Positions 1-9,570 of a stretch of DNA of 64,000 bases are shown here, in pieces. A program made the translations under genes and the position numbers. Origin of the DNA: Candidatus Omnitrophota bacterium (GTDB lineage: Bacteria; Hinthialibacterota; Hinthialibacteria; Hinthialibacterales; Hinthialibacteraceae). The stretch is taken from contig JBFMBP010000029.1 in NCBI GenBank assembly GCA_040755155.1, forward strand, positions 8,066-72,065. The letters are read 5' to 3'. Position 1 is the first letter of the stretch. Each line of letters opens with the position of its first letter. The notes under the pieces are model-generated. The model was given only the letters and a program-made list of their open reading frames with translations. It made no database searches and had not been told where the DNA came from.

Positions 1-5
1 CAGCA

Positions 6-3000
6 ATGTCCGGCTTCACACAGAACGTACTGGTAAACGGCGTGGACGGAGAAGATTACGATTCGTCGCCCCGCGATGAAGATGGGAAAATCATAGGGCC
101 TGAAACGGATAATACCTTCGAATCCTTTTATAGGGCGGTCAATTTCTTGATGGAATTCAGAAATGGAGGAACGGTTTCTATTGGCACATTTGGACCGGCT
201 CAAGGGATTGCCATAGCCAACAAACCGCTAACCGTCATTGGCATAGGAGAGAATCAATCCATCGACGGCGAAATTCAAATCTCCGGCGCTTCGCTCACCG
301 TTAAAAATCTGAAATTCGTCGCAGGGCAATTTCAAAAGTCCGCCATTTTTCTTGATAACGCGTCGCTGAACGCAGAAAACGTCGTTTTCGATCAACGCGG
401 CATCCAAGCCTCGGGAGAGGGAGAAGCCGACATAACGGTCAAAGACTGCGTATTCATCAATGCGCAATCGAATGGCCTGGCGGCGTTTACCGCCCGCTTG
501 AACGTGGATTTTCAAAACGTGGAATTCAAAGATTTCACGGCGGGAAACAATAAATGCCTCGCCATTATGCCTTCATCGGGATTCGCCAACGTCAACGTAA
601 AAGACTGTACCTTTACCAATTGTTATTTGGGCGTCGACGACCGCCATGTGGATGGGGAAGCCTTTTATCAAAATCTATCCATGAAAAACATGAGCCGTAT
701 TGGGATTAATATCGAATGGGACGGCATGATTCGCCAATTTGGAAATGTCAGAACCGTCATAACCGATTGTGTTTTCGATAACTGCGCCTATCAGGCGGTT
801 CATCTCCATGCGCAGCAAAACGTAACGGTCAGCAACGTGAGCGTCGTCAATAGCGGCTCGGTCAGTTTCCGCGAGAACGACGGCGCCGGAATCGGCGGGC
901 ACGACGGCAATGTGAATATTCTGATCGAAGATTGCGAATCCAACAACAATCAGGGTAACGGATTTAACTTTGAATGGGATCGTGAAATTACGTTGAGAAA
1001 CAATATTGCCTATGACAACGGCCTATGCGGAGCGGGATTTCTCCATTGCGAAACGGTCGCCTTGGAAAATGGAAATTGCTTTTCGGGCAATGCTCTCCAA
1101 GGTATCCGAATGGCGCAAACGAACGACTGGAAAATCTACAACAACACGATTGGATTAAATCGCGAACGGAACCAGGAAAAAGGCAATCTGCTGGCCGGAG
1201 CGCTGCTTTCTAGCGTAGGCAGCGGCGAATTTGGATCGACGGAAGACCCCTTGAAGGGAAACATCGTCTCCGGCAATAAGGGTGACGGCGTTTACTTACA
1301 GTCATCCCAATGGCTGGAGACGGCGAATATTAAAATCGGATCGAATTATATCGGAACGGATGGAAATGCGGAAAACGCCTTCCCCAATGCGCGAGGAATC
1401 GTAATTGATGGAAACGGATCGCCGACAGGGATTCCGTTTATCCAAATTGGCGGTCGTAATCCCTCGATGGAAAATCCGCAAAATCCCGACCGGGGCGTAG
1501 GAAATGTGATATCGGGAAACCGGGAGAATGGAATTGTTGTAGAAGCCTTGTCCACCGATTTGTTCGATCAAGGCAGAATCGATATTTGGGGAAATTTTAT
1601 CGGAGCGAACGGATCGGGAACCAGCCTCCTTTCGAATGGCCAAAACGGCGTCCAAATTCATCCCAATCGATTTTTTGAAATCAATCTTGGATCTATCGAC
1701 GATAAGGCCAAGGGAAATTTGATTTCGGGAAACAACGAAAATGGAATCCTGCTGGGGGGCAACCGTATAGGGGAAATGAAAATTAGCAAGGTCAAGATTC
1801 TAAATAACCTGATCGGCGCGGCGATCGATCGGACCGCCCGGCTCCCCAATCAAAAAAACGGCATCGAGATGACCGACGGCGCCAGCGATCAGGAATTAGG
1901 TTACGGTGTAACCGACAATCTAGTAGCGAAAAATATCATTCATCATAACTCCGAAAACGGCATACGCATCGTCGGCGCGAAAGCGTTGCGCAACCAGATA
2001 TCGGAAAACTCTATTCATCGCAACGACAAAAAGGGCATTCTCTTGGAAAAGGGAGCCAACAATGAAATCAGCGTCGCTCTGAATCACGCTCTCGATTCGG
2101 TAAAGGCCGTCAATAAAATCTCCGGCCAATCGTCGGCGCCCAACGCCAAGATCGAAATCTTCGCCGATCCCGCTTTCGCCGACGCCAATCCAGGGTATTG
2201 GGGGCAGGGGAAAAAATATATCAGGACCATCGATGCGGACGATAAGGGCAAATTCGAAATCGATGTCGATTCCATCGCCGATCCCGGAATGATTACGGCG
2301 ACGGCGACGGATGCGGATAAAAACACGTCCGAGTTTTCTCCCTTCGCTTCGATCGTCGTCGTTCAGGTAGCGGGTGACGAAAACAATATGCTGGTTGCCA
2401 ACAAACCGGCCGCTGTTCGTATTTTCTCGAACGCTGGAAAAGACGCGGCCTCCTACGATATCACTGGCGAAGTGATCTTCCAGGAAGCAACGATTCTTCC
2501 GGAACCACCAATGTTCGCCATGAAGCCCTTCGGCGGATACCGCACGAATTTTAACGACCGCCGTGAAGGCAAAAGCAGTCTCAATTTTTACATTCTCAAT
2601 CCGCCTCAAGGCTCTCATAAAATCGAAGTCGCCCTCAAGCATCGCAATGAGGAACGAGGGAGATTCCTATTCGGCCCATTCGATTTTCAAAAAACTAAAA
2701 ACCTCAGTTTGGGCGTCGTGTACGTCCTGGCGCCGCTTCGCGCCGGGGGGCTGGCGGTGGCGTTTCCTGATTTGGGTCTGGTCCGGCAGTCGGCGGAATT
2801 CTTTGCCGATATTTACCCTATCGAACCGCAGGAATTCATGAGGCGTTATCGCATCCTTTATCCGATTGTCATGGGCATTCCTCCCCATACGGCTGAAATA
2901 AGGAAAGGAATGATTCAAACAGCCAATGCCTACCGTCTCCTCTCCCGGCCTCCTTTGGATTACGCCGTCGTCGCCGTGGCGTATGAAACCTATTTTGAAC

Positions 3001-4430
3001 CGCCCGGCTCCACCTGGTTGATCTACGGAATGACGCGGGGCGATTATCCCAACGTTGTGGCTATGTTGGATGGACTGAAAAACCGGCGGCCGGTACTGCA
3101 TTCAGGAGACACGCTCGCGCATGAAATCGGCCATACCACTCCCTTCAATCTTGGGGATACTTACAATGGCGGTACGTATAGAGTAATAAATCCGCGCGAT
3201 CCTGCAAACAGCGATACGGACGGCAATTTTATCCTTGAAGAAAATTTCGCCTTTAGCCCCACGGGCGTTTTCGACAATCAAATCCCGCCTAAACGGCAGG
3301 CGGTTTTCAGCGACATCGGAAATCGCAATTATGTCTATGATATAATGGGCGGCGCCCCTCCCGCTTGGTTTGACGAAAAAACTTATAAAGTATTATTTAA
3401 GGGATTGGGCGGAGTAGTAAAAGGCGAGCCGGCAAAAGCCGTTCGCCCTCGGCAAGAAACCCTTCCCTCCTCCATTCTGGTTCGTGGAGAAATCGGCGAC
3501 GACAACCAGGTTCGTTTCAGCCCCCTGATTTTCAAGGAGGAACCCGTTGTCCGCCCGTCCGCTGCAGCGGCTAGGGAAGGATTCCATATCGACCTGCTCG
3601 ATGCCGATGGCGCCATTTTAGACGCCCAAGATTTCCCTACCGCTTTAGGGGGAGGCGAAATATTAGGCATCGATACGAACACCGGACGATCGATCAATGG
3701 TTATTATCAGGATACCCATTTCCATTTTACAACTATCTTAAAAAACGATCCTTCCGCCGTGCGGATTGTAGTCGGAAATGGCGATCAAATTTTAGGGGAA
3801 TTGATAAAAAGCGCCCATATTCCTTCTGTAATCGATATTTCGGGCCTTGATTCCGGCGCGCTTCCTTCGGAACAATTCGTACTCTCTTGGAAAGGAAGCG
3901 ATCTCGATCCCCTGGATACTCTATATTACAATATTTTGTACACGCCCGATAACGGTGAAACCATTATCCCTATCGCTGCCGATCTGGAAACGATCGATTC
4001 CCTCCCGATCTATCCTCAGTTTTTGCCGTCAGGGCCTGATCCCCAATTTCGGATTTGCGTTTCGGATGGATGGAATCAAAGTTGCGCAAACAACCAAAAA
4101 CTCGTCATGAACAACCGCGCTCCGATGGTTTCCATCGTTCAGCCCCGCGCCAACGACAAGATTTCTCAGCAACTGCCCGTAACGCTTCTAGGCAGCGCTT
4201 ATGATTTGGAAGACGGTTTTATTGCGGACGAAGCCTTAGAATGGCGTTTGGACGACGAACAGACTCCTCTGGGCGCGGGATCGAAATTATCGGTCGATTT
4301 GGAACTCGGACAACATACTATAAAACTGATCGCCGCCGATTCCGCCGGTCTCCAGGGATACGCCGAAGTGATCGTCGAAGTAACGGTTCAAGGCGATACC
4401 GGCGTCAAACATTGGAAAATTTTCGATTGA
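6..4430 (+). CDS. Very large (>=1474 aa) parallel beta-helix repeat protein with a central HEXXH (TLAHEIGH) putative zincin-like domain and C-terminal Ig-like region. Probably 5'-truncated by the window edge: the frame is open to position 1 and there is no signal peptide at the listed Met.
   Basis: Dozens of GN(x)ISGN / NNxIxxN right-handed beta-helix repeats in the first ~800 aa. HEIGH motif near aa 1040. Long ORF with uniform codon usage. Frame is open upstream of the first ATG. Confidence 0.6.
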   Translation: MSGFTQNVLVNGVDGEDYDSSPRDEDGKIIGPETDNTFESFYRAVNFLMEFRNGGTVSIGTFGPAQGIAIANKPLTVIGIGENQSIDGEIQISGASLTVKNLKFVAGQFQKSAIFLDNASLNAENVVFDQRGIQASGEGEADITVKDCVFINAQSNGLAAFTARLNVDFQNVEFKDFTAGNNKCLAIMPSSGFANVNVKDCTFTNCYLGVDDRHVDGEAFYQNLSMKNMSRIGINIEWDGMIRQFGNVRTVITDCVFDNCAYQAVHLHAQQNVTVSNVSVVNSGSVSFRENDGAGIGGHDGNVNILIEDCESNNNQGNGFNFEWDREITLRNNIAYDNGLCGAGFLHCETVALENGNCFSGNALQGIRMAQTNDWKIYNNTIGLNRERNQEKGNLLAGALLSSVGSGEFGSTEDPLKGNIVSGNKGDGVYLQSSQWLETANIKIGSNYIGTDGNAENAFPNARGIVIDGNGSPTGIPFIQIGGRNPSMENPQNPDRGVGNVISGNRENGIVVEALSTDLFDQGRIDIWGNFIGANGSGTSLLSNGQNGVQIHPNRFFEINLGSIDDKAKGNLISGNNENGILLGGNRIGEMKISKVKILNNLIGAAIDRTARLPNQKNGIEMTDGASDQELGYGVTDNLVAKNIIHHNSENGIRIVGAKALRNQISENSIHRNDKKGILLEKGANNEISVALNHALDSVKAVNKISGQSSAPNAKIEIFADPAFADANPGYWGQGKKYIRTIDADDKGKFEIDVDSIADPGMITATATDADKNTSEFSPFASIVVVQVAGDENNMLVANKPAAVRIFSNAGKDAASYDITGEVIFQEATILPEPPMFAMKPFGGYRTNFNDRREGKSSLNFYILNPPQGSHKIEVALKHRNEERGRFLFGPFDFQKTKNLSLGVVYVLAPLRAGGLAVAFPDLGLVRQSAEFFADIYPIEPQEFMRRYRILYPIVMGIPPHTAEIRKGMIQTANAYRLLSRPPLDYAVVAVAYETYFEPPGSTWLIYGMTRGDYPNVVAMLDGLKNRRPVLHSGDTLAHEIGHTTPFNLGDTYNGGTYRVINPRDPANSDTDGNFILEENFAFSPTGVFDNQIPPKRQAVFSDIGNRNYVYDIMGGAPPAWFDEKTYKVLFKGLGGVVKGEPAKAVRPRQETLPSSILVRGEIGDDNQVRFSPLIFKEEPVVRPSAAAAREGFHIDLLDADGAILDAQDFPTALGGGEILGIDTNTGRSINGYYQDTHFHFTTILKNDPSAVRIVVGNGDQILGELIKSAHIPSVIDISGLDSGALPSEQFVLSWKGSDLDPLDTLYYNILYTPDNGETIIPIAADLETIDSLPIYPQFLPSGPDPQFRICVSDGWNQSCANNQKLVMNNRAPMVSIVQPRANDKISQQLPVTLLGSAYDLEDGFIADEALEWRLDDEQTPLGAGSKLSVDLELGQHTIKLIAADSAGLQGYAEVIVEVTVQGDTGVKHWKIFD

Positions 4431-4694
4431 AGAAAAGCATAGCCAAGCCCTCAGCGCCGTTTTTCCGCAAGTGGGTAGAGCAGGCGTCCCGCCTGCCTCA
4501 AAAAGCATTCGAGACGCTTGCCCTGCCCAATATATTCCTTAACGGATTTCAGAAAAAAAATAAACAACAGCCGGTTTTAGAACAATCGCTTTTTCTATTG
4601 TCGCATCTCCCGCCTTTCCTTCCTTTTCTTGCGACGCCATCATTGATCTTGACGCGAAGATTGTTTTACAATTCGCTCAGGAGAGCAAAAATCG

Positions 4695-5582
4695 ATGCCA
4701 ATCGTCATGTTCCTCAATTTAAAAGGCGGAGTCGCCAAAACCACCAACGCCGTAGCCGTGGCAGAGTGCTTCGCCTCCACCGGCAAGCGGGTGCTTCTCG
4801 TCGACGCCGATCACCAATCCATGGCGAGCGAATTGCTGTTGGGCGAAGAACGCCTCGCCCAGGCTGAAGCCCGCAAGAAAACGCTGCACGATCTTTTCGC
4901 TTATATGCTTAGCGACGATTTCAATCCCGACGCCATGCGGGAATATGTCACGCCGCTCGCTTCCAATATCACTTCCATCAAAAAAAATATCGACTGTATT
5001 CCCTGCTCCCACCGCATCGACGAATTTACTACCAACATGGCCAAGGCGCGCAAGGGTTATCAGAGCAACGAAGAATTTCTGCGCCGATTGAATCGCCTTC
5101 GCTATTCCTTCGCCCGTTGGTGCAACGGCCATTATCAGTATACCATCGTCGATTGCCCGCCCACGTTCGTCATTCAAGTCGTATTTCTCTTAGCTTCCGC
5201 TGATTATTTCATACTTCCTACCATTCCCGACCGGCTTTCCATTCGCGGTTCGCTTTACCTCTTGGAGCGGCTGAGGATGCGTGGTTATAAACGAATTCAA
5301 TGCTTGGGAACGTTATGGTCGCTGGTCCGCGTACAAGTGGCTAAACACCGCAACATCATGAAATGGGTAGAAGAAAAGCGCGACGGTTACGCCAGTTTGC
5401 CCCAGCCTTTCGCTACGGTCATTCCCAATATGTCTTCCATCGCCAACGCTATGGATTACCTCAAAAACTATTCTTCGTATCAAGCGAAATATCAAGATAA
5501 ATCCGCCGATTTGTTCGAAAACGTATGCAAAGAAATCGAAGAAAGAATTCGCATCGCCAAGAAGGAAAACGAGAATCGTTAA
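4695..5582 (+). CDS. ParA/MinD-family P-loop ATPase (orphan, no parB nearby)
   Basis: Deviant Walker A (LNLKGGVAKTT) and VLLVDADHQ motifs. AGGAGA RBS 8 nt upstream of the ATG. Confidence 0.8.
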   Translation: MPIVMFLNLKGGVAKTTNAVAVAECFASTGKRVLLVDADHQSMASELLLGEERLAQAEARKKTLHDLFAYMLSDDFNPDAMREYVTPLASNITSIKKNIDCIPCSHRIDEFTTNMAKARKGYQSNEEFLRRLNRLRYSFARWCNGHYQYTIVDCPPTFVIQVVFLLASADYFILPTIPDRLSIRGSLYLLERLRMRGYKRIQCLGTLWSLVRVQVAKHRNIMKWVEEKRDGYASLPQPFATVIPNMSSIANAMDYLKNYSSYQAKYQDKSADLFENVCKEIEERIRIAKKENENR

Positions 5583-5598
5583 CCGCGAGCGGGAGGGA

Positions 5599-6921
5599 AT
5601 GACAATGATATCGAAACGAGTTTCGCGCCGGAATTTCGCCCGTCTATCCGCTGGGATTGGTTTGGGAATGACGATTACCCCTCAAACCGTTCTCGGCGCC
5701 AACGAAAGAATCAACATCGGCATGATCGGTTGCAGCGGACGCGGCGTGGACATCTCCCGCTACTTTCTGCAAAACGGCGCCGTCTTCAAAGCCGTCTGCG
5801 ACGTCGACCAAACGCGGCTAGAGCGCGGACGCGAAATCGTGGGCGGCGAGAGCGTCGACGTTTATAAGGATTATCGCAAATTGCTGGAGCGGAAAGATTT
5901 GGACGCGGTGTTAATCGCTACGCCTCCCCATTGGCATCCCATTCCTTTCGTCGACGCTTGTAAAGCGGGAATGGATATCTATTGCGAAAAACCGCTGGGC
6001 GTTACGATTTGGGAAGGCCAGCAGATGGTCAAGGCGGCGAGAAAATACAACCGCGTTACCCAATGCGGAACCCAAACCCACTCGGCGCAGAACTTCCGCG
6101 AAGGGATTGAACTCCTGCATCAAGGCTATATCGGCAAGATCGTAAAAGCAGTCAGCGGGAGTCTGCGCAACAACAATCCCGCCGGCATGGGGCAAGCGGC
6201 CATCTGTGATCCTCCCGAAGAATTGGATTGGGATTTTTGGCTGGGGCCGCTGCCGAAGATGCCTTATTTCCGGCAGCGCTGCCACGGCGGCTTCCGCTGG
6301 TTTTGGGAAACAGACGGTGGCTGGATGACGGATTGGGGCGTTCATCAATTGGATATCATCCAATGGGGAATTCAACAAGATTATCCTTTGTCGGTTTCAT
6401 CGGAAGGCGGGAAATTTTTCTTCACGGATTGTTCGGAAACGCCCGATACGCTGGAGACGGTTTTTCAATTCAAGGATTGCCTGGTGCAATTCACCGTGCG
6501 TTCGTGCAACGCCCGCGATCCGGAGCATAAACCGGACATCGCCGACACCTGGTACGGCTACGGCATCGAGTTTTTCGGAACCAAGGGAACGCTCTTCATC
6601 GACCGCGACCGGCTGCTGCTTTGGCCGGAAGAAGGAGCCTACGGCGACGGCGTGGAGAAGATCGAACGCACTGTCGATTATATTCAAATGAACGTCAATC
6701 ATGTAAAAGAATTTTTGGATAACATTAAAACCCGCCAGCGCTGCGTCTGCGACGTCGAAGTCTGCCATCGCGCTTCCAGCACCTGCCACTTAGGCAATAT
6801 CGCCTACCGCACCGGCGCACGCATCGAATGGGACGGCGCCGCCGAACGCATCACGAATCGCCCCGAACTCAACTCCTGGCTGCAACGCCCTTATCGAAAA
6901 CCGTGGAAGTTAGAAGTGTGA
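5599..6921 (+). CDS. Gfo/Idh/MocA family oxidoreductase with twin-arginine (Tat) signal peptide
   Basis: N-terminal SRRNFARLSAGIGLG Tat motif. Rossmann motif GMIGCSGRG. Family-typical 'ATPPHWH' and C-terminal domain. Confidence 0.8.
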   Translation: MTMISKRVSRRNFARLSAGIGLGMTITPQTVLGANERINIGMIGCSGRGVDISRYFLQNGAVFKAVCDVDQTRLERGREIVGGESVDVYKDYRKLLERKDLDAVLIATPPHWHPIPFVDACKAGMDIYCEKPLGVTIWEGQQMVKAARKYNRVTQCGTQTHSAQNFREGIELLHQGYIGKIVKAVSGSLRNNNPAGMGQAAICDPPEELDWDFWLGPLPKMPYFRQRCHGGFRWFWETDGGWMTDWGVHQLDIIQWGIQQDYPLSVSSEGGKFFFTDCSETPDTLETVFQFKDCLVQFTVRSCNARDPEHKPDIADTWYGYGIEFFGTKGTLFIDRDRLLLWPEEGAYGDGVEKIERTVDYIQMNVNHVKEFLDNIKTRQRCVCDVEVCHRASSTCHLGNIAYRTGARIEWDGAAERITNRPELNSWLQRPYRKPWKLEV

Positions 6922-6965
6922 CTTTGGGACTGGGAGACGGGGGGACTTTGGGTCGGGGAGTAGCC
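6903..6965. repeat. G-tract word repeat (GACTTTGGG / GGGACTGGGAGAC / GGGGGG) overlapping the stop codon and 3' end of the Gfo/Idh gene. G-quadruplex-capable.
   Basis: Tandem related octamers, four or more G3+ tracts. Same word family as 24376-24442 and 25241-25330. Confidence 0.5.
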
Positions 6966-6970
6966 TCTGG

Positions 6971-7003
6971 TGGGCTACGCTTCGCTTTGAGCCCACCCTA
7001 CAT
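6971..7003. repeat. Hairpin repeat GGTGGGCTACGCTTCGCTTTGAGCCCACCCTAC (copy 1)
   Basis: 8-bp perfect stem GGTGGGCT/AGCCCACC. Near-identical inverted copy at 63424-63456. Confidence 0.6.
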
Positions 7004-7014
7004 AGTAATACAAA

Positions 7015-9375
7015 ATGGAAAGGTTAATCCTCGCCGCTTCTTTCTTTCTGGGATGCTTCGCCATCCTGGCTCAGACGATCCTTTTTCGTGAACAGCTGGC
7101 GATTTTGGAAGGCAACGAACTGACTTTGGGTCTATTGCTCGCCGGGTGGCTGATCGGCGTTGCCGTTGGGGCTTTGACGCCCAGAAAATTGGATGTCGAA
7201 CGTTCGCTTTCCCGCTGGTTCGCCGCCATATTACTATCCCCGCCTCTGATGCTGGCTGTTTGCGTAATCCTGATCCGGCTGCTTCCGGCGATTCTTGACG
7301 TTCCGGTTGGGGAAATTCCCTCTCCCATACAAACGCTGCTCTTCGCCTTGATGGCGGCGCTGCCATTGGGTTTTCTTTTCGGTTTTTCCTTTCCCGTCTT
7401 CTCGGCGGCCTTGAACCAATGCCAACCTGCAGAATCAGGCGAAGCGCCTATCGCCAAGACGGCGAGCATCGGTTCGATTTTTCTTATCGAATCGCTGGGC
7501 GGAGCGATGGCTGGTTTTCTGATGGCGATAGGGCGGAGTCAACTTATCAATCCCTTCCTGCATTCCGTCATCGCATTGGGCGTTTTTGGGCTGATTCTTA
7601 TCCTCTCCGACGATCGTTTGCGCCGAAAAAGCATTCTACTATCCGCCATTATCGCTATTCCATTGTTATTGTACTTATCGCAAATTCTTAACGATTGGAG
7701 CGCAAGCCGCCGCTGGGAGAACCACCATCCGGGCTATGAGTTGTATCGTTGCCTGGAAACGCCCTATCAACGATTGGAGATCGGCGGGCGCGAAGGCCAA
7801 TACACCCTCTTCGGCAACGGCGCCGAGCTATTCTCATTTCCCAACGAATACGAAGCGCCGCAATGGGCTTACATGGCGCTGTCGCAAAATCCCCAAGCGA
7901 AATCCATACTGCTCGCCAGCGGCGATAGCGGCCTATTGGCGCCCTTGGCGGAACATCGCCCGGATAAGATCGCCGTCGCCTATTTGGATTCGGGAATCGG
8001 CGATATTTTTTACGATGGACTGGGACAAAACATAAAGCGGACGGTGGTCAAAAACTTCCCGCTCGATTTCAATCGTTCCGCCGGGCCGCTTCCCGGCGTG
8101 GCTCTCTCCATCGATCAAACGGATATTCGGCGCCTGCTTTCCTCGATTCCCCAACAAACAAAATTCGATTGCATTATCATCATACAGCCCGGACCGTCCA
8201 ACGGCCTGCTCAACCGGCTCTATACGCGCGAATTTTTCCGCCACTCTCGCGATTTCCTATCCTCCGATGGCGTATTCGTCATCACCGCCGCCGGGCCGCC
8301 TGCTTACGATTACGGCGATGCAGGCGCTAATTGCGGCGCGATTTATTGGACGCTTCGCGAAGTTTTTCCTAATGTATTGGCCGTTCCCGGCGTAACATGG
8401 TGGTTCTTCGCCAGCCCTTCGCGGCAATTCCTCATCGACGCCGACGCCATCGCCCAACGCCATCGCGAGTTGAATCTCGACAGCGCTTATTTTGCTCCCG
8501 AATTTTTCTCCCTCTTTTACGAGGCGGAGCGCATTCGCCAGGCCGAGAAATCGCTGCAAACCTACGCCGCCATGCCGCGCAATACGGACGACCGGCCGCT
8601 CTGCTACCTCTATCATCTTCTGATTTGGAGCAAGCAATATAATTATTTAAAATGGCTGCCGGTGGAGGCGTTGGCCAAAAGCGGAGCCTCTCTCTTGGGT
8701 ATAGGCTTGGCAGCTGCCCTTTTATTTTATGGAGTATGTTATGGCGCCAGCCGCATGATTCTTGGCCGAAAGCGCAATCCTGCGCCGTTGGTTACGCTAG
8801 CGGCTACCGGTCTGGCTTCGATGGGCGCGGAAATCTCCATCCTGCTATTTTTCCAAAGCAAAGTAGGCTGCCTCTACGAAAGAGTAGGCGTTTTTTTCGC
8901 TATTTTTATGCTTGGTCTTGCGCTCGGCGCCGTCTTCGCCAAACGGCGAGGGATGGCTTCGAAACCAGCGTCCATTGCGTTGCTTGGTCTGGATAGAGGT
9001 CTGTTTCTCATTCTTCTTATTACGCCCATTATGCTTATGAGAGTAGAATCATTGAATCGATATTCTATCTTCGAATTCGCGATTCAGCCCCCAGAAATGG
9101 CGTTGTGGCTATGGAACGGAATCATCGCTTTCGCCGCTGGAATGATTTTTACCATTACGGCCCAAGCCATGCCGAAAAGCGAAAGCGTAAGTTCATCGGC
9201 GGGATGGGTGGACGCCGCCGATAACCTAGGAGGAGCGTTAGGCGCATTGGTTACAGGCGTTTTATTGGTCCCGATTCTTGGAATCATGAATACGTTTTAT
9301 CTCTTCGCGGGAGTGAAGGCGATGAATCTGATTGGATTATATCTATGGACGAGAAAGATCAAATTGACGGTATAA
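7015..9375 (+). CDS. Polytopic membrane protein with an embedded spermidine synthase-like (aminopropyltransferase fold) domain
   Basis: Many predicted TM helices at both ends. Central region carries SpeE-like motifs (IIIIQPGPSNG..LYTREFF..DGVFVIT). Confidence 0.6.
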   Translation: MERLILAASFFLGCFAILAQTILFREQLAILEGNELTLGLLLAGWLIGVAVGALTPRKLDVERSLSRWFAAILLSPPLMLAVCVILIRLLPAILDVPVGEIPSPIQTLLFALMAALPLGFLFGFSFPVFSAALNQCQPAESGEAPIAKTASIGSIFLIESLGGAMAGFLMAIGRSQLINPFLHSVIALGVFGLILILSDDRLRRKSILLSAIIAIPLLLYLSQILNDWSASRRWENHHPGYELYRCLETPYQRLEIGGREGQYTLFGNGAELFSFPNEYEAPQWAYMALSQNPQAKSILLASGDSGLLAPLAEHRPDKIAVAYLDSGIGDIFYDGLGQNIKRTVVKNFPLDFNRSAGPLPGVALSIDQTDIRRLLSSIPQQTKFDCIIIIQPGPSNGLLNRLYTREFFRHSRDFLSSDGVFVITAAGPPAYDYGDAGANCGAIYWTLREVFPNVLAVPGVTWWFFASPSRQFLIDADAIAQRHRELNLDSAYFAPEFFSLFYEAERIRQAEKSLQTYAAMPRNTDDRPLCYLYHLLIWSKQYNYLKWLPVEALAKSGASLLGIGLAAALLFYGVCYGASRMILGRKRNPAPLVTLAATGLASMGAEISILLFFQSKVGCLYERVGVFFAIFMLGLALGAVFAKRRGMASKPASIALLGLDRGLFLILLITPIMLMRVESLNRYSIFEFAIQPPEMALWLWNGIIAFAAGMIFTITAQAMPKSESVSSSAGWVDAADNLGGALGALVTGVLLVPILGIMNTFYLFAGVKAMNLIGLYLWTRKIKLTV

Positions 9376-9515
9376 GGCGCTTCAGGATTGAGTAGATATA
9401 TTCTTTGTCAGAATCTGTATATCCAAATAACAGGTTTTTTTTATCCTGAAAATCCTAATTCTGACAACATATTTTTTCCATTTACCCAGATTTAAAAGGC
9501 TATTATTACAATGCC

Positions 9516-9570
9516 CCTTTTAAAGGGGCAAACGACAATAGCCCGCTGTTTTAACGGCGGGATTCATCTT
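9516..9570. repeat. Two-hairpin 3'-end element (GCCCCTTTAAAAGGGGC + CCCGCTGTTTTAACGGCGGG), inverted copy of 54066-54135
   Basis: Perfect short palindromes. Same about 60-bp unit found after the DAHP synthase gene. Lies immediately 3' of the radical SAM CDS. Confidence 0.5.

Noticed and set aside
4241-4867. 208-aa Arg-rich ORF spanning the end of the giant gene and the start of parA
   Set aside because: Out-of-frame overlap with two well-supported genes. Extreme Arg/Ser/Pro composition typical of a GC-rich antisense or alternate frame. No RBS.
9380-9515. Possible small RNA or tRNA in the convergent spacer between 9375 and 9551
   Set aside because: Contains a 10-bp inverted repeat (TTGTCAGAAT/ATTCTGACAA) and a T-run, consistent with terminators for the two convergent genes. 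No tRNA cloverleaf features (no GTTCGA T-arm, no CCA) could be found.
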